Shown one piece after another: positions 30,533 through 41,881 of a stretch of DNA of 64,000 bases (position 1 is its first letter; each line of letters starts with the position of its first letter). Under the pieces are notes generated by a model. The model made no database searches and was not told the origin of the DNA. It saw nothing but the letters and a program-made list of their open reading frames with translations. The DNA lies in the NCBI RefSeq assembly GCF_049075655.1, contig NZ_CP157522.1, positions 1,344,001 through 1,408,000 on the forward strand, read 5' to 3'. The position numbers and the translations under genes are program-made. Origin of the DNA: Methanothermococcus sp. Ax23. Lineage in GTDB: Archaea > AGJL01 > Methanococci > Methanococcales > Methanococcaceae.

Positions 30533-31426
30533 ATGGAAGATGAATATTCAAAAGCAGATTTACACATTCATTCAAAATATTCAGGGATAATGAAATACAT
30601 GGGGCTAAAATTTCCAGATTCTGTGGAGGAACCAAGAAATATTATGAAGCATGCCAAAAAGAAAGGTTTAGATGTAATTGCCATTACGGACCATAACACT
30701 ATAAGGGGAGGGTTAGAAACTAAAAAACTTGAAAAAGAATACGGTGTTGAAGTTATTGTTGGAAGCGAGATAATGACGAAAGATGGGGAAATTTTAGGAT
30801 TATATCTAAATGAAGAAATTCCAAAAGGGCTATCTGCTGAGGAAACCATCGAAAAAATTCATGAACAGGGTGGTTTAGCAGTAGCTCCTCATCCATACAG
30901 CCCAATATGTAAAGCAATAGGAGACAAGATTTTTAAATTAAATTTAGATGGGGTGGAGGTATTCAACGCATACCATAGGGATGGAATAGTAAATAATATA
31001 GCATTAAAGAAGGTAATGAAAAATTATCACAAAAAGCCTGTGGCATTTATAGGAAACAGTGATGGACATTTGGCAAAAATGGTTGGTAATGGATATACAA
31101 AATTTGAAGGAACTTCAAAGGACGATTTATATGATGCAATAGTTAGAAGAAAAACATCTTTTGACGGAGCTCCTACACCCCTATCTGATATTATATTATG
31201 GAGCTATAATGTGGTTTATGTCTCTGAAAAAACACTTATAAAATCCATGGTATCTAAAAACGATTTGAATATAAAATTTTATAAAAAACTTCTTGCAATG
31301 TTCGGCGGTTTAATATATATTGCCACACCCCTTCCAATAATTTCCGGGGTTATTGGCAATTACTATCTTAAAAGAAAAGCTAAAAGCAAATTAAAAGAGG
31401 TAAATCTGACCTACTCCAACGACTAA
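30533..31426 (+). CDS. PHP-domain metal-dependent phosphoesterase; last codons supplied by the MITE
   Basis: DLHIHS, ITDHN, GSEI, PHPY, EVFNA, NSDGH. Confidence 0.9.
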   Translation: MEDEYSKADLHIHSKYSGIMKYMGLKFPDSVEEPRNIMKHAKKKGLDVIAITDHNTIRGGLETKKLEKEYGVEVIVGSEIMTKDGEILGLYLNEEIPKGLSAEETIEKIHEQGGLAVAPHPYSPICKAIGDKIFKLNLDGVEVFNAYHRDGIVNNIALKKVMKNYHKKPVAFIGNSDGHLAKMVGNGYTKFEGTSKDDLYDAIVRRKTSFDGAPTPLSDIILWSYNVVYVSEKTLIKSMVSKNDLNIKFYKKLLAMFGGLIYIATPLPIISGVIGNYYLKRKAKSKLKEVNLTYSND

Positions 31427-31785
31427 AGTCGTGGGGTTCTCGCTTACGGTAGTAAGCGAGCAACGAAATCACGAAGTGATTTCGTCTAATTTTAGCAGGG
31501 TTTAACCCTACAAGGGTGGCCAAGCCCACTACCCCTATCTCCGTTTAGGAGATTCAGGGCTACGCTATGCACTTCCAACCACTACCAGCGGTAGAGTTTT
31601 TACTAACCCTACCCATAGATACTTGGACTGGTAGCATTATTCACTATGAAACTTCAAATATTTATGTTTTACTACTGACTAATTATAATGTCCGCCTCTC
31701 ATCCAATCTCGTAAGAGATTTTACAAAACTATGTTTTGTATAACGATTAAAATCGTTGGCTTTCTCGGCGGTTTATCGTAAATAT
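31405..31785 (-). mobile_element. Non-autonomous IS200/IS605-family element, copy 2
   Basis: Reverse complement of 20735-21113; the differences I see are confined to two hairpins. Confidence 0.8.
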
Positions 31786-31792
31786 ATAATAA

Positions 31793-32407
31793 TTAAATTA
31801 ACTCAATGAAATTCTCAATCATTTTTAACCCTGCTTTACCACTTTTTTCAGGATGGAATTGGGTGGCATATATATTTTCTTTATTCAACACACAGGGGAA
31901 TTTATAGCCATATTCACACACTCCGGCAATAACTTCCTTATTTGATGGATTTACATGATATGAATGGACGAAGTAAAAGTATTCATTATTTTTTATGCCG
32001 TCAAATAGTGGAATATTCATTACCTGCTCTACATTATTCCATCCCATATGTGGTATTTTTTCAACAGTATCTTTAAATTTTATAACATCTCCTTTTATAA
32101 TTCCCAATCCCTTTGCACCATTTCCTTCTTCACTTTTTTCCATCAATAACTGCATCCCTAAACATATACCTAAGAATGGAACCTCTTTTACTATTCCACA
32201 TATGGCTTCTTTTAAGGAGCTCCCATTAACCTCTTTTGAAAGGTTCTCCATGGCACTTTCAAAATTTCCGACACCAGGTAGTATAATCTTATCTGCACTG
32301 AGTATGGTTTCAGGATTATCAGTTACCACTACATCTTTTGAATATAATTCAACTGCCTTCACTATGCTTCTTAAATTTCCCGCATTGTAATCTATTATGG
32401 CAATCAC
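31793..32407 (-). CDS. hisH: Imidazole glycerol phosphate synthase glutamine amidotransferase
   Basis: IIDYNAGN, LPGVG, GICLGMQ, PHMGWN, QFHPEKS. Confidence 0.95.
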   Translation of the reverse strand: MIAIIDYNAGNLRSIVKAVELYSKDVVVTDNPETILSADKIILPGVGNFESAMENLSKEVNGSSLKEAICGIVKEVPFLGICLGMQLLMEKSEEGNGAKGLGIIKGDVIKFKDTVEKIPHMGWNNVEQVMNIPLFDGIKNNEYFYFVHSYHVNPSNKEVIAGVCEYGYKFPCVLNKENIYATQFHPEKSGKAGLKMIENFIELI

Positions 32408-32416
32408 ATTATCACT

Positions 32417-32962
32417 TTAATAGTATTCCTCTTCTAATTCTTTTAAGGTATCCAATATCTTTTCCAGTGCAATATAGGCATCTTCTTTATTTTTTAAACC
32501 TGTGATAACCACTTTTCCACTTCCAAATATTAACACAACGACTTTTGGATTATCCAGCCTATAAACTAAACCTGGAAATTGTTCAGGTTCATATTCGGTT
32601 CCTTCGAGGGTTGATATATCATCTAAATTAGGTTCAACTCCGAGCTCTGCGGTAGCTACCATATTTTGAACTTTGACTTCTGGATTCTCATCTATTTCAA
32701 AACCTGCTTCTTTTAAATAACCTATAACTTTTTTTATTGCTATTTCCGCTTCTTCCTTGCTTTTAGCCCCCGTGCAGTTTAATTTACCACTTCTGAATAT
32801 TAACAAAGCTACTTTTGGCTCACTCAACCTACAAACTAAACCTGGAAATTGTTCAGGTTCATATTCTGCATTATCCAATATATCCGCAGCATATTCTAAA
32901 TCTATATCATTTCCAATTTTAGTAGATACTACAACATTTACAATCTTTATATCGGGCTTCAC
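32417..32962 (-). CDS. tbp: TATA-box binding protein
   Basis: Two YEPEQFPGL repeats; acidic tail. Confidence 0.97.
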   Translation of the reverse strand: MKPDIKIVNVVVSTKIGNDIDLEYAADILDNAEYEPEQFPGLVCRLSEPKVALLIFRSGKLNCTGAKSKEEAEIAIKKVIGYLKEAGFEIDENPEVKVQNMVATAELGVEPNLDDISTLEGTEYEPEQFPGLVYRLDNPKVVVLIFGSGKVVITGLKNKEDAYIALEKILDTLKELEEEYY

Positions 32963-33084
32963 AATTTCACCTAATTCTTTATATAGTATTTATATATTTT
33001 ATATACTATATAAATATTATTTATTATTAATTTGAATATATGGATTAATGTTTTAAAAAAAGAAAAAAATGGAAATGAAAGAAT

Positions 33085-33390
33085 TTACATGAATAAAGCA
33101 CCGAGACCTGCTGCAGCAGTTGCGGTTGTGTCTTCTTCTTTCTTTTCTTCTTTCTTTTCTTCTTTTGCTTCTTCAGCAGGAGCAGCAGGAGCAGCAGCAG
33201 CTGCAACTGGAGCAACAGCAGCTTTTTCGATAGCTTCTTCAATGTTTACTCCTTCTAATGCAGCAACTAATGCTTTAACTCTTGCGTCATCTGCTTCTAC
33301 ACCAGCAGCGGTTAATATTGCCTTAACAGCGTCTTCTGTGATTTCTTTACCTGCGGAATGTAATAATAATGCAGCGTATATGTATTCCAT
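33085..33390 (-). CDS. rpl12: Ribosomal stalk protein L12/P1
   Basis: [10 protein letters not shown], Ala-rich hinge, GLGALF. Confidence 0.97.
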   Translation of the reverse strand: MEYIYAALLLHSAGKEITEDAVKAILTAAGVEADDARVKALVAALEGVNIEEAIEKAAVAPVAAAAAPAAPAEEAKEEKKEEKKEEDTTATAAAGLGALFM

Positions 33391-33491
33391 ACTTACACCT
33401 CCAAAGTAAAAATTTTATTTTTTGTCTTATTGTTTTAATATATAATGTTTTCGATTAAGTCAATATGTGAGATAGGTAGTTATTTGATAAT

Positions 33492-34508
33492 TTAGAAGAG
33501 CAACCCTAATCCAGCAGCAGGTGCTTCTTCTTCTTTCTTTTCTTCTTCTTTTTCTTCTGGTGCTTCTTCTTTAACTTCCTCAGCAGACACTGCTGCTGTT
33601 GAAGATAATTTTTCTTTTAACTCATCATCAAGTGCTTCATCACCAACTTCTGATGCAATAGCAAGCATTTGTGAGTATGCTTTGCCAAGTATATCGTCTG
33701 TGGTTTTGTCTGTAAGGAACGCACTTTCGATAGATACTGCTTTTGCATCTCTGAATGCTTTCTGCAATATTGTTTCGATTGTTTCAGTAGTTGGTATTGC
33801 CGCATTAACTGACAAGTTAAATGCACTGTTGAATGCTTTCTGTATTTTCTGGACGAATTCATCTTCGTCTATCTTCAATACATCTGGGGTGTAGACTACT
33901 CCATCTTCATAAGCTGCTAAGAGGTCTAAACCTACTTTTGTAGGCTTTATGCCCAATGCAGAAAGCACTACTGCAACTTTGTGAGGAACAACCTCTCCCT
34001 CTTTAACAAGTACGGTGTCTTCCCTTATTGCTATCTTACCTTTTTCGATAACTGCTGGAAGACCTGCACTTTTTAATTCCCCTAAGAATGGTCCTGGTGG
34101 CATTCCGGTTGAACCTTTTTCCACCACAATGTCGCATGGAGCAACAGCTCCTCCTTTTATAGGAGCAGGTGTTTTACTCTCTTCTAAGGTCTTGTAAAGC
34201 TTAAATGGATTCATATCCGTGACTATAATAGCTGCCCCTTTTGCTATGTGCTCAGCTAACTTAGCAAATTCAGGATTACCAGTTTCTTCGGCAACTTCCT
34301 CAATAGCTCTTTTAATCAGAGTGTTCCTTGACATCCTTAAAATCATTTTTCCTCTGATTTTATCTCTGATTTCTTGAAGTTGCCTTGCAGGGACTTCCAT
34401 CATGTCTGCCAATGCTACAACATTACCTTCTTTGAGCAACTTCTTTAACTTATTTACTTCTTCAATCTTCCAAGGGGCAATTTTGTGTTCAAATTCTGCT
34501 TCTATCAT
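33492..34508 (-). CDS. rpl10: Ribosomal protein L10/P0
   Basis: [26 protein letters not shown]. Confidence 0.97.
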   Translation of the reverse strand: MIEAEFEHKIAPWKIEEVNKLKKLLKEGNVVALADMMEVPARQLQEIRDKIRGKMILRMSRNTLIKRAIEEVAEETGNPEFAKLAEHIAKGAAIIVTDMNPFKLYKTLEESKTPAPIKGGAVAPCDIVVEKGSTGMPPGPFLGELKSAGLPAVIEKGKIAIREDTVLVKEGEVVPHKVAVVLSALGIKPTKVGLDLLAAYEDGVVYTPDVLKIDEDEFVQKIQKAFNSAFNLSVNAAIPTTETIETILQKAFRDAKAVSIESAFLTDKTTDDILGKAYSQMLAIASEVGDEALDDELKEKLSSTAAVSAEEVKEEAPEEKEEEKKEEEAPAAGLGLLF

Positions 34509-34520
34509 AGTTCCATCCCC

Positions 34521-35162
34521 TTACTTTTCTATGGGGACTGCTGGTCCCATTGTTAGTTTTGTATAGGCATTTTTAACATGGTAAAGCCCCTTTTCATATT
34601 TCCTAGCTACCGTGTTTAAAACTGCTTCAATGTTTTCAGCTAATTCTTCATCGCTCATCTGCTCAGTTCCCACTAATGTTTGGAACGATGGCTTGTCTCT
34701 TGTATTTATAATAACTGTCTTCTTAAATCTCTCAACCAATGGTTTTAAGTTTGCGTTCGCAGGAACTGGTTGAGGCATTTTTCCTCTCGGACCTAATACA
34801 GGACCTAAGGCTTTACCAACAAGTGGCATCATATCTGCCTGAGCAATGAAAAAGTCATGCTCATTTGCTATCTTCTTAGCTTGTTTTTTATTTTTTCCTA
34901 ATTCTTCCAATTCTTCCTGTCTTATTACAGTGAGGCCCATTTCTTCAGCCTGTGCCGCCAAATCACCTTTTGCAATTACTGCAATTTTTGGTTCCTTCCC
35001 TCGTCCGTGAGGTAATACGACCTGCTGTTTCAATCTATTTTCAGGTCTTGTGAGGTCGAGCTCCTTTAAATTTACGACCAAATCCACGGACTGTGTGAAG
35101 TTTCGCGGCTTAGCAAGAGAACGAGCCTCCTTCACTGCTTTTATTATGTTTTCTCTGTCCAT
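34521..35162 (-). CDS. rpl1: Ribosomal protein L1
   Basis: [23 protein letters not shown]. Confidence 0.97.
   Translation of the reverse strand: MDRENIIKAVKEARSLAKPRNFTQSVDLVVNLKELDLTRPENRLKQQVVLPHGRGKEPKIAVIAKGDLAAQAEEMGLTVIRQEELEELGKNKKQAKKIANEHDFFIAQADMMPLVGKALGPVLGPRGKMPQPVPANANLKPLVERFKKTVIINTRDKPSFQTLVGTEQMSDEELAENIEAVLNTVARKYEKGLYHVKNAYTKLTMGPAVPIEK
35095..35135 (-). promoter_or_regulatory. L1 autoregulatory binding site in the early rpl1 coding mRNA
   Basis: GUGAAG-GAG-GCU...AGC-CGCGAAA-CUUCAC, a 23S rRNA-mimicking asymmetric loop about 28 nt after the ATG, as known for Methanococcus L1 operons. Confidence 0.75.
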
Positions 35163-35185
35163 GTTATAGCCTCCTGTAATTATAA

Positions 35186-35269
35186 ACCGCAGTCAAAAAT
35201 TTGAGCAACATAAAAGTTGCCTGTGTCCAACATAATCTGTTGGAATATAAATTAAATCCCAACTGCGGT
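35186..35269 (-). promoter_or_regulatory. Structured 5' leader of the rpl1-rpl10-rpl12 operon
   Basis: ACCGCAGT/ACTGCGGT closing stem encloses TCCAACA/TGTTGGA and GCAAC/GTTGC hairpins; TTTATATA box at 35305-35312 on the minus strand. Confidence 0.55.
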
Positions 35270-35330
35270 CAAACATGGAGCAAATCTACTTATTTAATAA
35301 CTATTATATAAAGATTACGCTACACTAAAT

Positions 35331-35633
35331 TTATTGGCTTAAACTTTCCAATGTTTTATTACACAAATCAATTACTTCTCTCAATGCCTCTTTAAGCACT
35401 TCTTCGGCATCATTTCCTTCGGTGGTTTTTACAATCAATTTTGGATTGGAGATATATCTACCAGTTTCAGGATTTAAAACAGGATGCTCTATAACATAGG
35501 ACGCCATAATTACCTTATCCGTTTTTTCCAACAATATATCTTTTAAAAGGTTGCATAATGAATGGTCATCATCTATTAATTCTACTTCTATACTATTTTC
35601 TGTCTTTTCCAATATTCTCATGGATTTGCTCAT
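35331..35633 (-). CDS. rpoL: RNA polymerase subunit L (Rpo11)
   Basis: [17 protein letters not shown]. Confidence 0.92.
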   Translation of the reverse strand: MSKSMRILEKTENSIEVELIDDDHSLCNLLKDILLEKTDKVIMASYVIEHPVLNPETGRYISNPKLIVKTTEGNDAEEVLKEALREVIDLCNKTLESLSQ

Positions 35634-35635
35634 GG

Positions 35636-36253
35636 TTATCCCTCCAAATTATAGTATTCTTTAATCAAATTTATATCTTTATTCAATACAATTTTGTCGT
35701 TTTCTATTCTGAAAAATTCTTTTTCAATGCATTCATCTATAATGTCGTTAATATCTTTTTTGGTGAAGTATGCCACCAACACAATAATGTTTCTCACTGG
35801 TTTTGAACCAACATTTACAAAATTGAGCTCAGTATTTATATCATATAATTCTTTTAATATGTTATTGAATTTGTCAAAAGGTAGTGAGCATTTAATTAGG
35901 TTTTCATCTTCTTTATATATAAAATTAATTTTTAAGGATTTAAGTGCATCTAATATCAAGTTTTTGTTAATGGGGTATTTTATATCGGATAAATAATACT
36001 CGAATAATCCCTTTGAATTTGGGTTATATTTTTTGTGGATTCTATTTATTAAATTCATAACACTTTTATAATCTTCCACTGTCTTGTTCTTATCATAACC
36101 ATATATTTTTATCCTAAGGGTGCTTACATCATTTAATTCTTCGGTATAGGCTGCTTTTGATTCTATTGAACAATCAACATCCATTTTTGAAATTTCTTTG
36201 CAAATATCCATTATCTCTCTATTGGTTGCCTTCACGCTTATCATTTTTTTCAT
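35636..36253 (-). CDS. Conserved archaeal protein upstream of rpoL (DUF2067-like)
   Basis: Clean ORF with GGTGA RBS; position in the rpoL operon. Confidence 0.55.
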   Translation of the reverse strand: MKKMISVKATNREIMDICKEISKMDVDCSIESKAAYTEELNDVSTLRIKIYGYDKNKTVEDYKSVMNLINRIHKKYNPNSKGLFEYYLSDIKYPINKNLILDALKSLKINFIYKEDENLIKCSLPFDKFNNILKELYDINTELNFVNVGSKPVRNIIVLVAYFTKKDINDIIDECIEKEFFRIENDKIVLNKDINLIKEYYNLEG

Positions 36254-36555
36254 AATCTCACCAAATAAACATATATATAGTATATGCAATTATTTAAAGT
36301 TAGTATATACCTAACTTAACATAAAAATTTAACATATAAATCTAAATATGTGGTTAATATCAATTTTCATAAAAGAATATCAATAAAAAAATTTTTATAA
36401 AAATCGTATATTTTATATTTTATAATATTTTATTAATTTAAAAAAATATGCAATTTTATATTTTTCTACTACTACATGGTAATTAATACATACATAATAC
36501 ATATATTTTTTATAATTGCTCATGAAAAAATGAAATAAAGATAAAAGATGATAAT

Positions 36556-37497
36556 ATGGAAAACGGGAGTATAGAAAATATAATAAAGAACACATCGGAA
36601 GTGGTATCCGTAGAAGAGTTAAAAGAAGTCATGAATAAAGATGAGAAAAGAGCATACATTGGATTTGAACCAAGTGGGAAAATTCATTTAGGACATTATC
36701 TCCAAATCAGAAAGATGATAGACTTGCAAAATGCAGGATTCGATATAATTATCCTACTGGCAGATTTACATGCATACTTAAATCAGAAAGGAACAATGGA
36801 AGAGATACAGGAGCTCGCAGAATACAACAAAACTATATTCAACGCTATGGGATTAAAGGCAGAGTATGTTTATGGTAGTGAGTTCCAGCTTGAAAAGGAT
36901 TATACAATCGATGTTTATAAAATAGCCCTAAAAACTACACTAAAAAGGGCTAGAAGAAGTATGGAAGTAATAGCAAGGGAAGATGAAAATCCAAAGGTTG
37001 CAGAAGTGGTATATCCATTAATGCAGGTAAATGACATAAAACATTTAAATGTGGATGTTGCAGTGGGTGGAATGGAACAGAGAAAAATACACATGCTTGC
37101 GCGGGAGCTCCTACCAAGTATGGGGTATAAGGCACCAGTTTGCATACACAATCCAGTGCTCACAGGTCTCGATGGAGAAGGCAAAATGTCATCATCAAAA
37201 GGGAACTTCATTGCAGTTGATGATGAGCCAAACACTATTAAATCAAAGATAAAAAAGGCATACTGTCCAATTGGAACTGTTGAAGGGAATCCGGTATTGG
37301 AGTTGGCAAAATACTATCTAAACTATCCACATACCATAGAAAGACCAGAAAAATTCGGAGGAAATTTAACCATCAGTAGCTATGAGGAATTGGAAAAAAT
37401 GTATGCTGAACAAAAACTACATCCTATGGACTTAAAAAATACCGTTGCAAAAGAGATTATAGATATTTTAGCTCCAATTAGGGAAAAATTAATATAA
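36556..37497 (+). CDS. tyrS: Tyrosine--tRNA ligase
   Basis: [36 protein letters not shown]. Confidence 0.97.
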   Translation: MENGSIENIIKNTSEVVSVEELKEVMNKDEKRAYIGFEPSGKIHLGHYLQIRKMIDLQNAGFDIIILLADLHAYLNQKGTMEEIQELAEYNKTIFNAMGLKAEYVYGSEFQLEKDYTIDVYKIALKTTLKRARRSMEVIAREDENPKVAEVVYPLMQVNDIKHLNVDVAVGGMEQRKIHMLARELLPSMGYKAPVCIHNPVLTGLDGEGKMSSSKGNFIAVDDEPNTIKSKIKKAYCPIGTVEGNPVLELAKYYLNYPHTIERPEKFGGNLTISSYEELEKMYAEQKLHPMDLKNTVAKEIIDILAPIREKLI

Positions 37498-37556
37498 TTA
37501 AATATTTATATTTATTTTTACTATTGTTCATCAGTTTTCGGTGGAAGAGGGAGATT

Positions 37557-38621
37557 ATGGATTTATTAAATGCCACATATTTTGGAAACACCCTATATAA
37601 TTATATAATTTTTATTTTGTTTATAATATTTGGAATCGTATTTGGAAAATTATTCAACTCCATCATCAAAAGATATATAAAAAATTTGGTTGGAAAAACA
37701 AAAACAAAATTTGATGATATTATATTGGAAGCTCTCGAGCTCCCCATTATATTATTAGTATTTGTTGGATTTCTATATTTGGGATTGAAATTTCTCGTTC
37801 TTCCAAGCAGTATTGATATATTGTTAAATGAGGCCATTAAAATCGTGGTTATATTATGCGGGACATGGTTTGCAGTCAATTTTGTTGATGATTTTATAGG
37901 TCATTATATCATGCCTATTGTAGAAAAATCAGAAACTAAATTTGATGACCAAGTGGTATCTCCATTGAGGAAGCTTTTAAAAATAATAATCGTAATTGCC
38001 GGGTTATTGATGGCACTTAAAACTGCTGGCTATGATATAACAACACTCCTTGCTGGTTTAGGTATCAGCGGTTTGGCCGTGGCTCTTGCAGCACAGGATA
38101 CCGTTAAAAATTTCATTGCAGGGGTGTTAATATTTGTGGATAAACCTTTTAAAATAAATCATTGGATTAAATTCGATGGTGGAGAGGGGATTGTAGAGGA
38201 TATAGGGATTAGAAGCACAAAAATAAGGACTTTTGGAGATAGCCTTATAATTGTTCCCAATGCAAATCTTTTAAGTGCGAATATCGAAAATTTCTCTGAG
38301 ATGAGAAAAAGGAGGGTGCTTGTAACTATTGGTTTAACCTACGACACTTCTGTGGAAAAACTGAGTAAAGCAAAAGAAATTATCAAAAACATAATCGACA
38401 ATCACAACGCCACACTACCCCCCATAAGAATCACATTTGAAGAGTTTGGCGATTTTTCATTAAATATAAGGGTTGAATACTTTATTAGAAACTTTGGTTT
38501 TGACTACTACTTAGATACCATGGATGAAATAAATATGAAAATTAAAGAGGAATTTGAAAAAGAAGGGATAGAGATGGCATTTCCAACTCAAACAGTTTAT
38601 TTGAAAAAAGACGGTGACTAA
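37557..38621 (+). CDS. MscS family mechanosensitive channel
   Basis: GLGISGLAVALAAQDT, DKPFKI, IGIRST, AFPTQT. Confidence 0.92.
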   Translation: MDLLNATYFGNTLYNYIIFILFIIFGIVFGKLFNSIIKRYIKNLVGKTKTKFDDIILEALELPIILLVFVGFLYLGLKFLVLPSSIDILLNEAIKIVVILCGTWFAVNFVDDFIGHYIMPIVEKSETKFDDQVVSPLRKLLKIIIVIAGLLMALKTAGYDITTLLAGLGISGLAVALAAQDTVKNFIAGVLIFVDKPFKINHWIKFDGGEGIVEDIGIRSTKIRTFGDSLIIVPNANLLSANIENFSEMRKRRVLVTIGLTYDTSVEKLSKAKEIIKNIIDNHNATLPPIRITFEEFGDFSLNIRVEYFIRNFGFDYYLDTMDEINMKIKEEFEKEGIEMAFPTQTVYLKKDGD

Positions 38622-39710
38622 ATGACTGTATCACAAATAATAAATGATATAATACTTAATAATAGTATAGAAAATTATTTATTATGTCTTTTATCCATAT
38701 TTTTTTCAATAATCATTGGGCGGTATATGGATGCTTTAATTGAACGACTTGCAGATAAATTAAATAAAAAGAAGGAACTTGAATTTGATGAAGTGATAGT
38801 AAGGGCATTATCATTACCTATTGCAATTGCTATCGTATTATCAGGGTTTTATTTGGGATTTAATTTTTTATACACTCCACAAGATTTAAAAACAATGATA
38901 AATGAAGGAATATCAACTGCATTTATTATTTGCATAATTGTATTTTTTGATAGATTTGTCTCTGAATTAGTTGAGAAATATTTAGCAGATGCAATATCAA
39001 AAAGAACAAGAATGGAAATTGATGACCAAATAATTATTCTAACCAAAAAAATCATAAGATTGATTATTTGGATTGTTGGATTGGTCCTCATTTTAAGCAA
39101 TTTAGGATATGATGTAAAAACACTACTCACAGGTTTGGGGATTGGAGGTTTGGCAGTTGCATTGGCATCTCAGAATTTGGTTTCTAATCTTATAGGGGGT
39201 TTTATAATCATCACTGATAAACCATTCAAAATAGGAAATTGGGTTAATTTTAGTGGAGGGACAGGAATTGTAGAAGACATTGGAGTTAGAAGCACCAAAA
39301 TAAGAAGTATGGATAATTCCATTATCGTTGTTCCAAATTCTAAATTGGTGGATGAAACCATACAGAATGTTCCTTCAAAGAATAAATGGAAGGTCTCTTC
39401 AACAATAGGATTGACCTATAACACGAGTGCAGATGACTTAAAAAAGGCAATGAATATTATCAAAAACATTTTATTGAATAATCCAAATATTGAAAGAGAA
39501 CCAATAACTATATATTTTAAAGAATATGGTGATTGGAGTTTGAATATTCAAGTAGTTTATTACATCAAAAATAACAGGTATAATGGTTATCAAAAATATA
39601 CAAGCACAGTTAATGAAATTAATCTAAAAATAAAAGAAGAATTTGATAGAGAAGGACTTGAATTTGCATTCCCAACTCAGACAGTTTATTTAAGGAGGGA
39701 TGGTAATTAA
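38622..39710 (+). CDS. MscS family mechanosensitive channel (tandem paralog)
   Basis: GLGIGGLAVALASQ, DKPFKIG, IGVRST, AFPTQT. Confidence 0.92.
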   Translation: MTVSQIINDIILNNSIENYLLCLLSIFFSIIIGRYMDALIERLADKLNKKKELEFDEVIVRALSLPIAIAIVLSGFYLGFNFLYTPQDLKTMINEGISTAFIICIIVFFDRFVSELVEKYLADAISKRTRMEIDDQIIILTKKIIRLIIWIVGLVLILSNLGYDVKTLLTGLGIGGLAVALASQNLVSNLIGGFIIITDKPFKIGNWVNFSGGTGIVEDIGVRSTKIRSMDNSIIVVPNSKLVDETIQNVPSKNKWKVSSTIGLTYNTSADDLKKAMNIIKNILLNNPNIEREPITIYFKEYGDWSLNIQVVYYIKNNRYNGYQKYTSTVNEINLKIKEEFDREGLEFAFPTQTVYLRRDGN

Positions 39711-39735
39711 TTACAAAAAGATATTAAATTATTAA

Positions 39736-40500
39736 TTAAATATCTAATCCAAAAATATTTTTGGCGTTATCGTGGGAAACCATTTTAATAATTTCATTAT
39801 CTATATTATTCATTTTCATCTTTAAAACTGTTTTTGGAACTCCCATTATATCCGATGGTGCAGAGGAGCTATCGCTGTTTAATAAAAATCTTTCTCCACC
39901 GTATTCCTTTACAATCTCAACAGCGTCCATAGGAGTTAATTTACTTGGCTGAACTGTCAAACCCATATTCATAACAGTATCATAAATCATCGGAACGGTT
40001 TCTTTTGTGCAGTGTTCAATTATAATATTCTTCTCTGCGTCCTTATATAATCCCAATGAGTCAATAACTTCCAAAATGGTTTTTGTAGTTTCCTTTTTGT
40101 TTCTTCTTGGAGTATGAACAACAGCTGGAAGGTTTAACTCTTGTGCCATAAGCAACTGCTCTTCAAAAACTTCAATTTCTTCTTTTGTGCATTTTTCCAG
40201 CCCTATTTCTCCAACACCTACAACATTTTTGGCTTTTAAATATTCCCTTAATATATTGTAATTTACATCAGAGGGTATCATTCTTGGGTGTATTCCCAAA
40301 CAAACAAATAATTTCAATCCAGTTTTGTTTGCTCTTTCAATCTCGTTGTATATTATTTTATCAAAGTGAGCTCTCAAAATATCCATAGAATAGGGCTCCA
40401 ATGGGTCGTGTGCCAATGTGATGGCACAATCAAAACACAATGCCATCTTCTCAAAATCTTCATAAGGTCTTGTGTCGGAATGAATATGGGAGTCAATCAT
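39736..40500 (-). CDS. TatD-family metal-dependent hydrolase
   Basis: IDSHIH, GIHP, GEIGL, VHTP, IEH, NSD. Confidence 0.88.
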   Translation of the reverse strand: MIDSHIHSDTRPYEDFEKMALCFDCAITLAHDPLEPYSMDILRAHFDKIIYNEIERANKTGLKLFVCLGIHPRMIPSDVNYNILREYLKAKNVVGVGEIGLEKCTKEEIEVFEEQLLMAQELNLPAVVHTPRRNKKETTKTILEVIDSLGLYKDAEKNIIIEHCTKETVPMIYDTVMNMGLTVQPSKLTPMDAVEIVKEYGGERFLLNSDSSSAPSDIMGVPKTVLKMKMNNIDNEIIKMVSHDNAKNIFGLDI

Positions 40501-40569
40501 GGTTTCACCATATTATTTTTAATATATAATAGATAATACCTAATAGTTTAAAATTATTTTGGTGATAAA

Positions 40570-41127
40570 ATGGATGATTTAAAAGAATTCATAAACATTT
40601 GTCATAAACTATACGATAGAAAATACATCGTTGGAAGCGGAGGAAATGTAAGTATAAGAAAAGAAAATTTAATATATGCAACTCCAACAGGCTCAATATT
40701 GGGATTTTTAAAAGAAGATGATATATCAGTTGTTGATATAGATGGAAATGTTATAAAAGGAGCTCCCACATCTGAAATAAAAATGCACTTAAACCTATAC
40801 AAAAAAAGAAAAGACATAAATGCAGTAGTTCATACTCATTCAATATACTCCACAGCATTTTCAATAATAGATAAAAAAATAGAGCTCCTAACACCTGAGG
40901 CACAACTATTTATAAAAGAGATAGGTTATGTTCCTTACTTCAAGGCAGGTAGTGTAGAGCTCGCAAATGAAGTTTCTAAAAGAAATGAAGATGTAATACT
41001 TTTAAAAAATCATGGAATAGTATGCGTTGGAAAAAACTTAATTGAAGCATATTTAAAAACAGAAGTTATGGAAGAGATTGCAAAATTAAACTACATTATT
41101 CATTCTTTACAGTCTCCAACTCACTAA
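40570..41127 (+). CDS. fucA: Class II aldolase (L-fuculose-phosphate aldolase-like)
   Basis: [27 protein letters not shown]. Confidence 0.85.
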   Translation: MDDLKEFINICHKLYDRKYIVGSGGNVSIRKENLIYATPTGSILGFLKEDDISVVDIDGNVIKGAPTSEIKMHLNLYKKRKDINAVVHTHSIYSTAFSIIDKKIELLTPEAQLFIKEIGYVPYFKAGSVELANEVSKRNEDVILLKNHGIVCVGKNLIEAYLKTEVMEEIAKLNYIIHSLQSPTH

Positions 41128-41374
41128 CGATGCTCCATATTTGGGTTCTTGTGTGTAGTGGCATATTTGGGTCATCGCTTATATCGTCTAAATACTGAAT
41201 TGCGGTGGCACTTCTTACAATAAATTCTTCATTTTCATTTAAAACAGAATCTTTTGCATTTTGTGCAGCAGCTCTTATGTTTCTTGGAACTGTTGTGTCG
41301 TTAATGATTTCATCAAGCATAAAAGCTATGTTTTTTAATTTATCCTCAGGACTAATTTTTTTAGGTTTAAACAT
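41096..41374 (-). CDS. UPF0147 family protein
   Basis: [20 protein letters not shown]. Confidence 0.9.
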   Translation of the reverse strand: MFKPKKISPEDKLKNIAFMLDEIINDTTVPRNIRAAAQNAKDSVLNENEEFIVRSATAIQYLDDISDDPNMPLHTRTQIWSIVSELETVKNE

Positions 41375-41509
41375 AGTATCACCCCGTAAAATTATGTAAA
41401 TTGAATTTATTATTAAATATGTAATATTGTTTTTAATATAAATAATGTATCGTATTTAAATGAAAAATAAAAAAATACAGCATAAACTAAAATTAAAAAA
41501 GATTTAGAT

Positions 41510-41881
41510 TTATTCCTGTCCGAGTATTTCAGCGATTGGTTTTTCTCCAGCTTCTACAACTTTTGTATTTACCTGAACGATATCTGATGAAATTGTGTTT
41601 CCTCTTACACTTTTTCTTCTTCTGATACCTTTATCAGTTGGTTTGTATCCTGGCTTTTTGCTTAATAAAACTCTCATCTTCATACTTCCGTGTATATCGT
41701 GTCTCATTGGGAATCCACACTTATCTGAACCGCCTGTGATTTTTAATTTGTATCCATCCAATCCTACAATTGAACCGTTTATTTCATCACCGATTCTTTT
41801 ACCGATTAATGCTGTTGTTTCTACTTCTAACTGGTATGATTTTCCATCTTTGTCAGATACTACAACTTTAAATTTTGCCAT
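41510..41881 (-). CDS. rps6e: Ribosomal protein S6e
   Basis: KITGGSDKCGFPM, RRRKSVRG. Confidence 0.97.
   Translation of the reverse strand: MAKFKVVVSDKDGKSYQLEVETTALIGKRIGDEINGSIVGLDGYKLKITGGSDKCGFPMRHDIHGSMKMRVLLSKKPGYKPTDKGIRRRKSVRGNTISSDIVQVNTKVVEAGEKPIAEILGQE

Noticed and set aside
32417-32962. Internal nucleotide repeat AAACCTGGAAATTGTTCAGGTTCATATTC
   Set aside because: Reflects the well-known two-fold repeat of TBP
41096-41127. 32-bp convergent overlap between fucA and the UPF0147 gene
   Set aside because: Short 3' overlaps are common in compact genomes and suggest only a drifted stop codon
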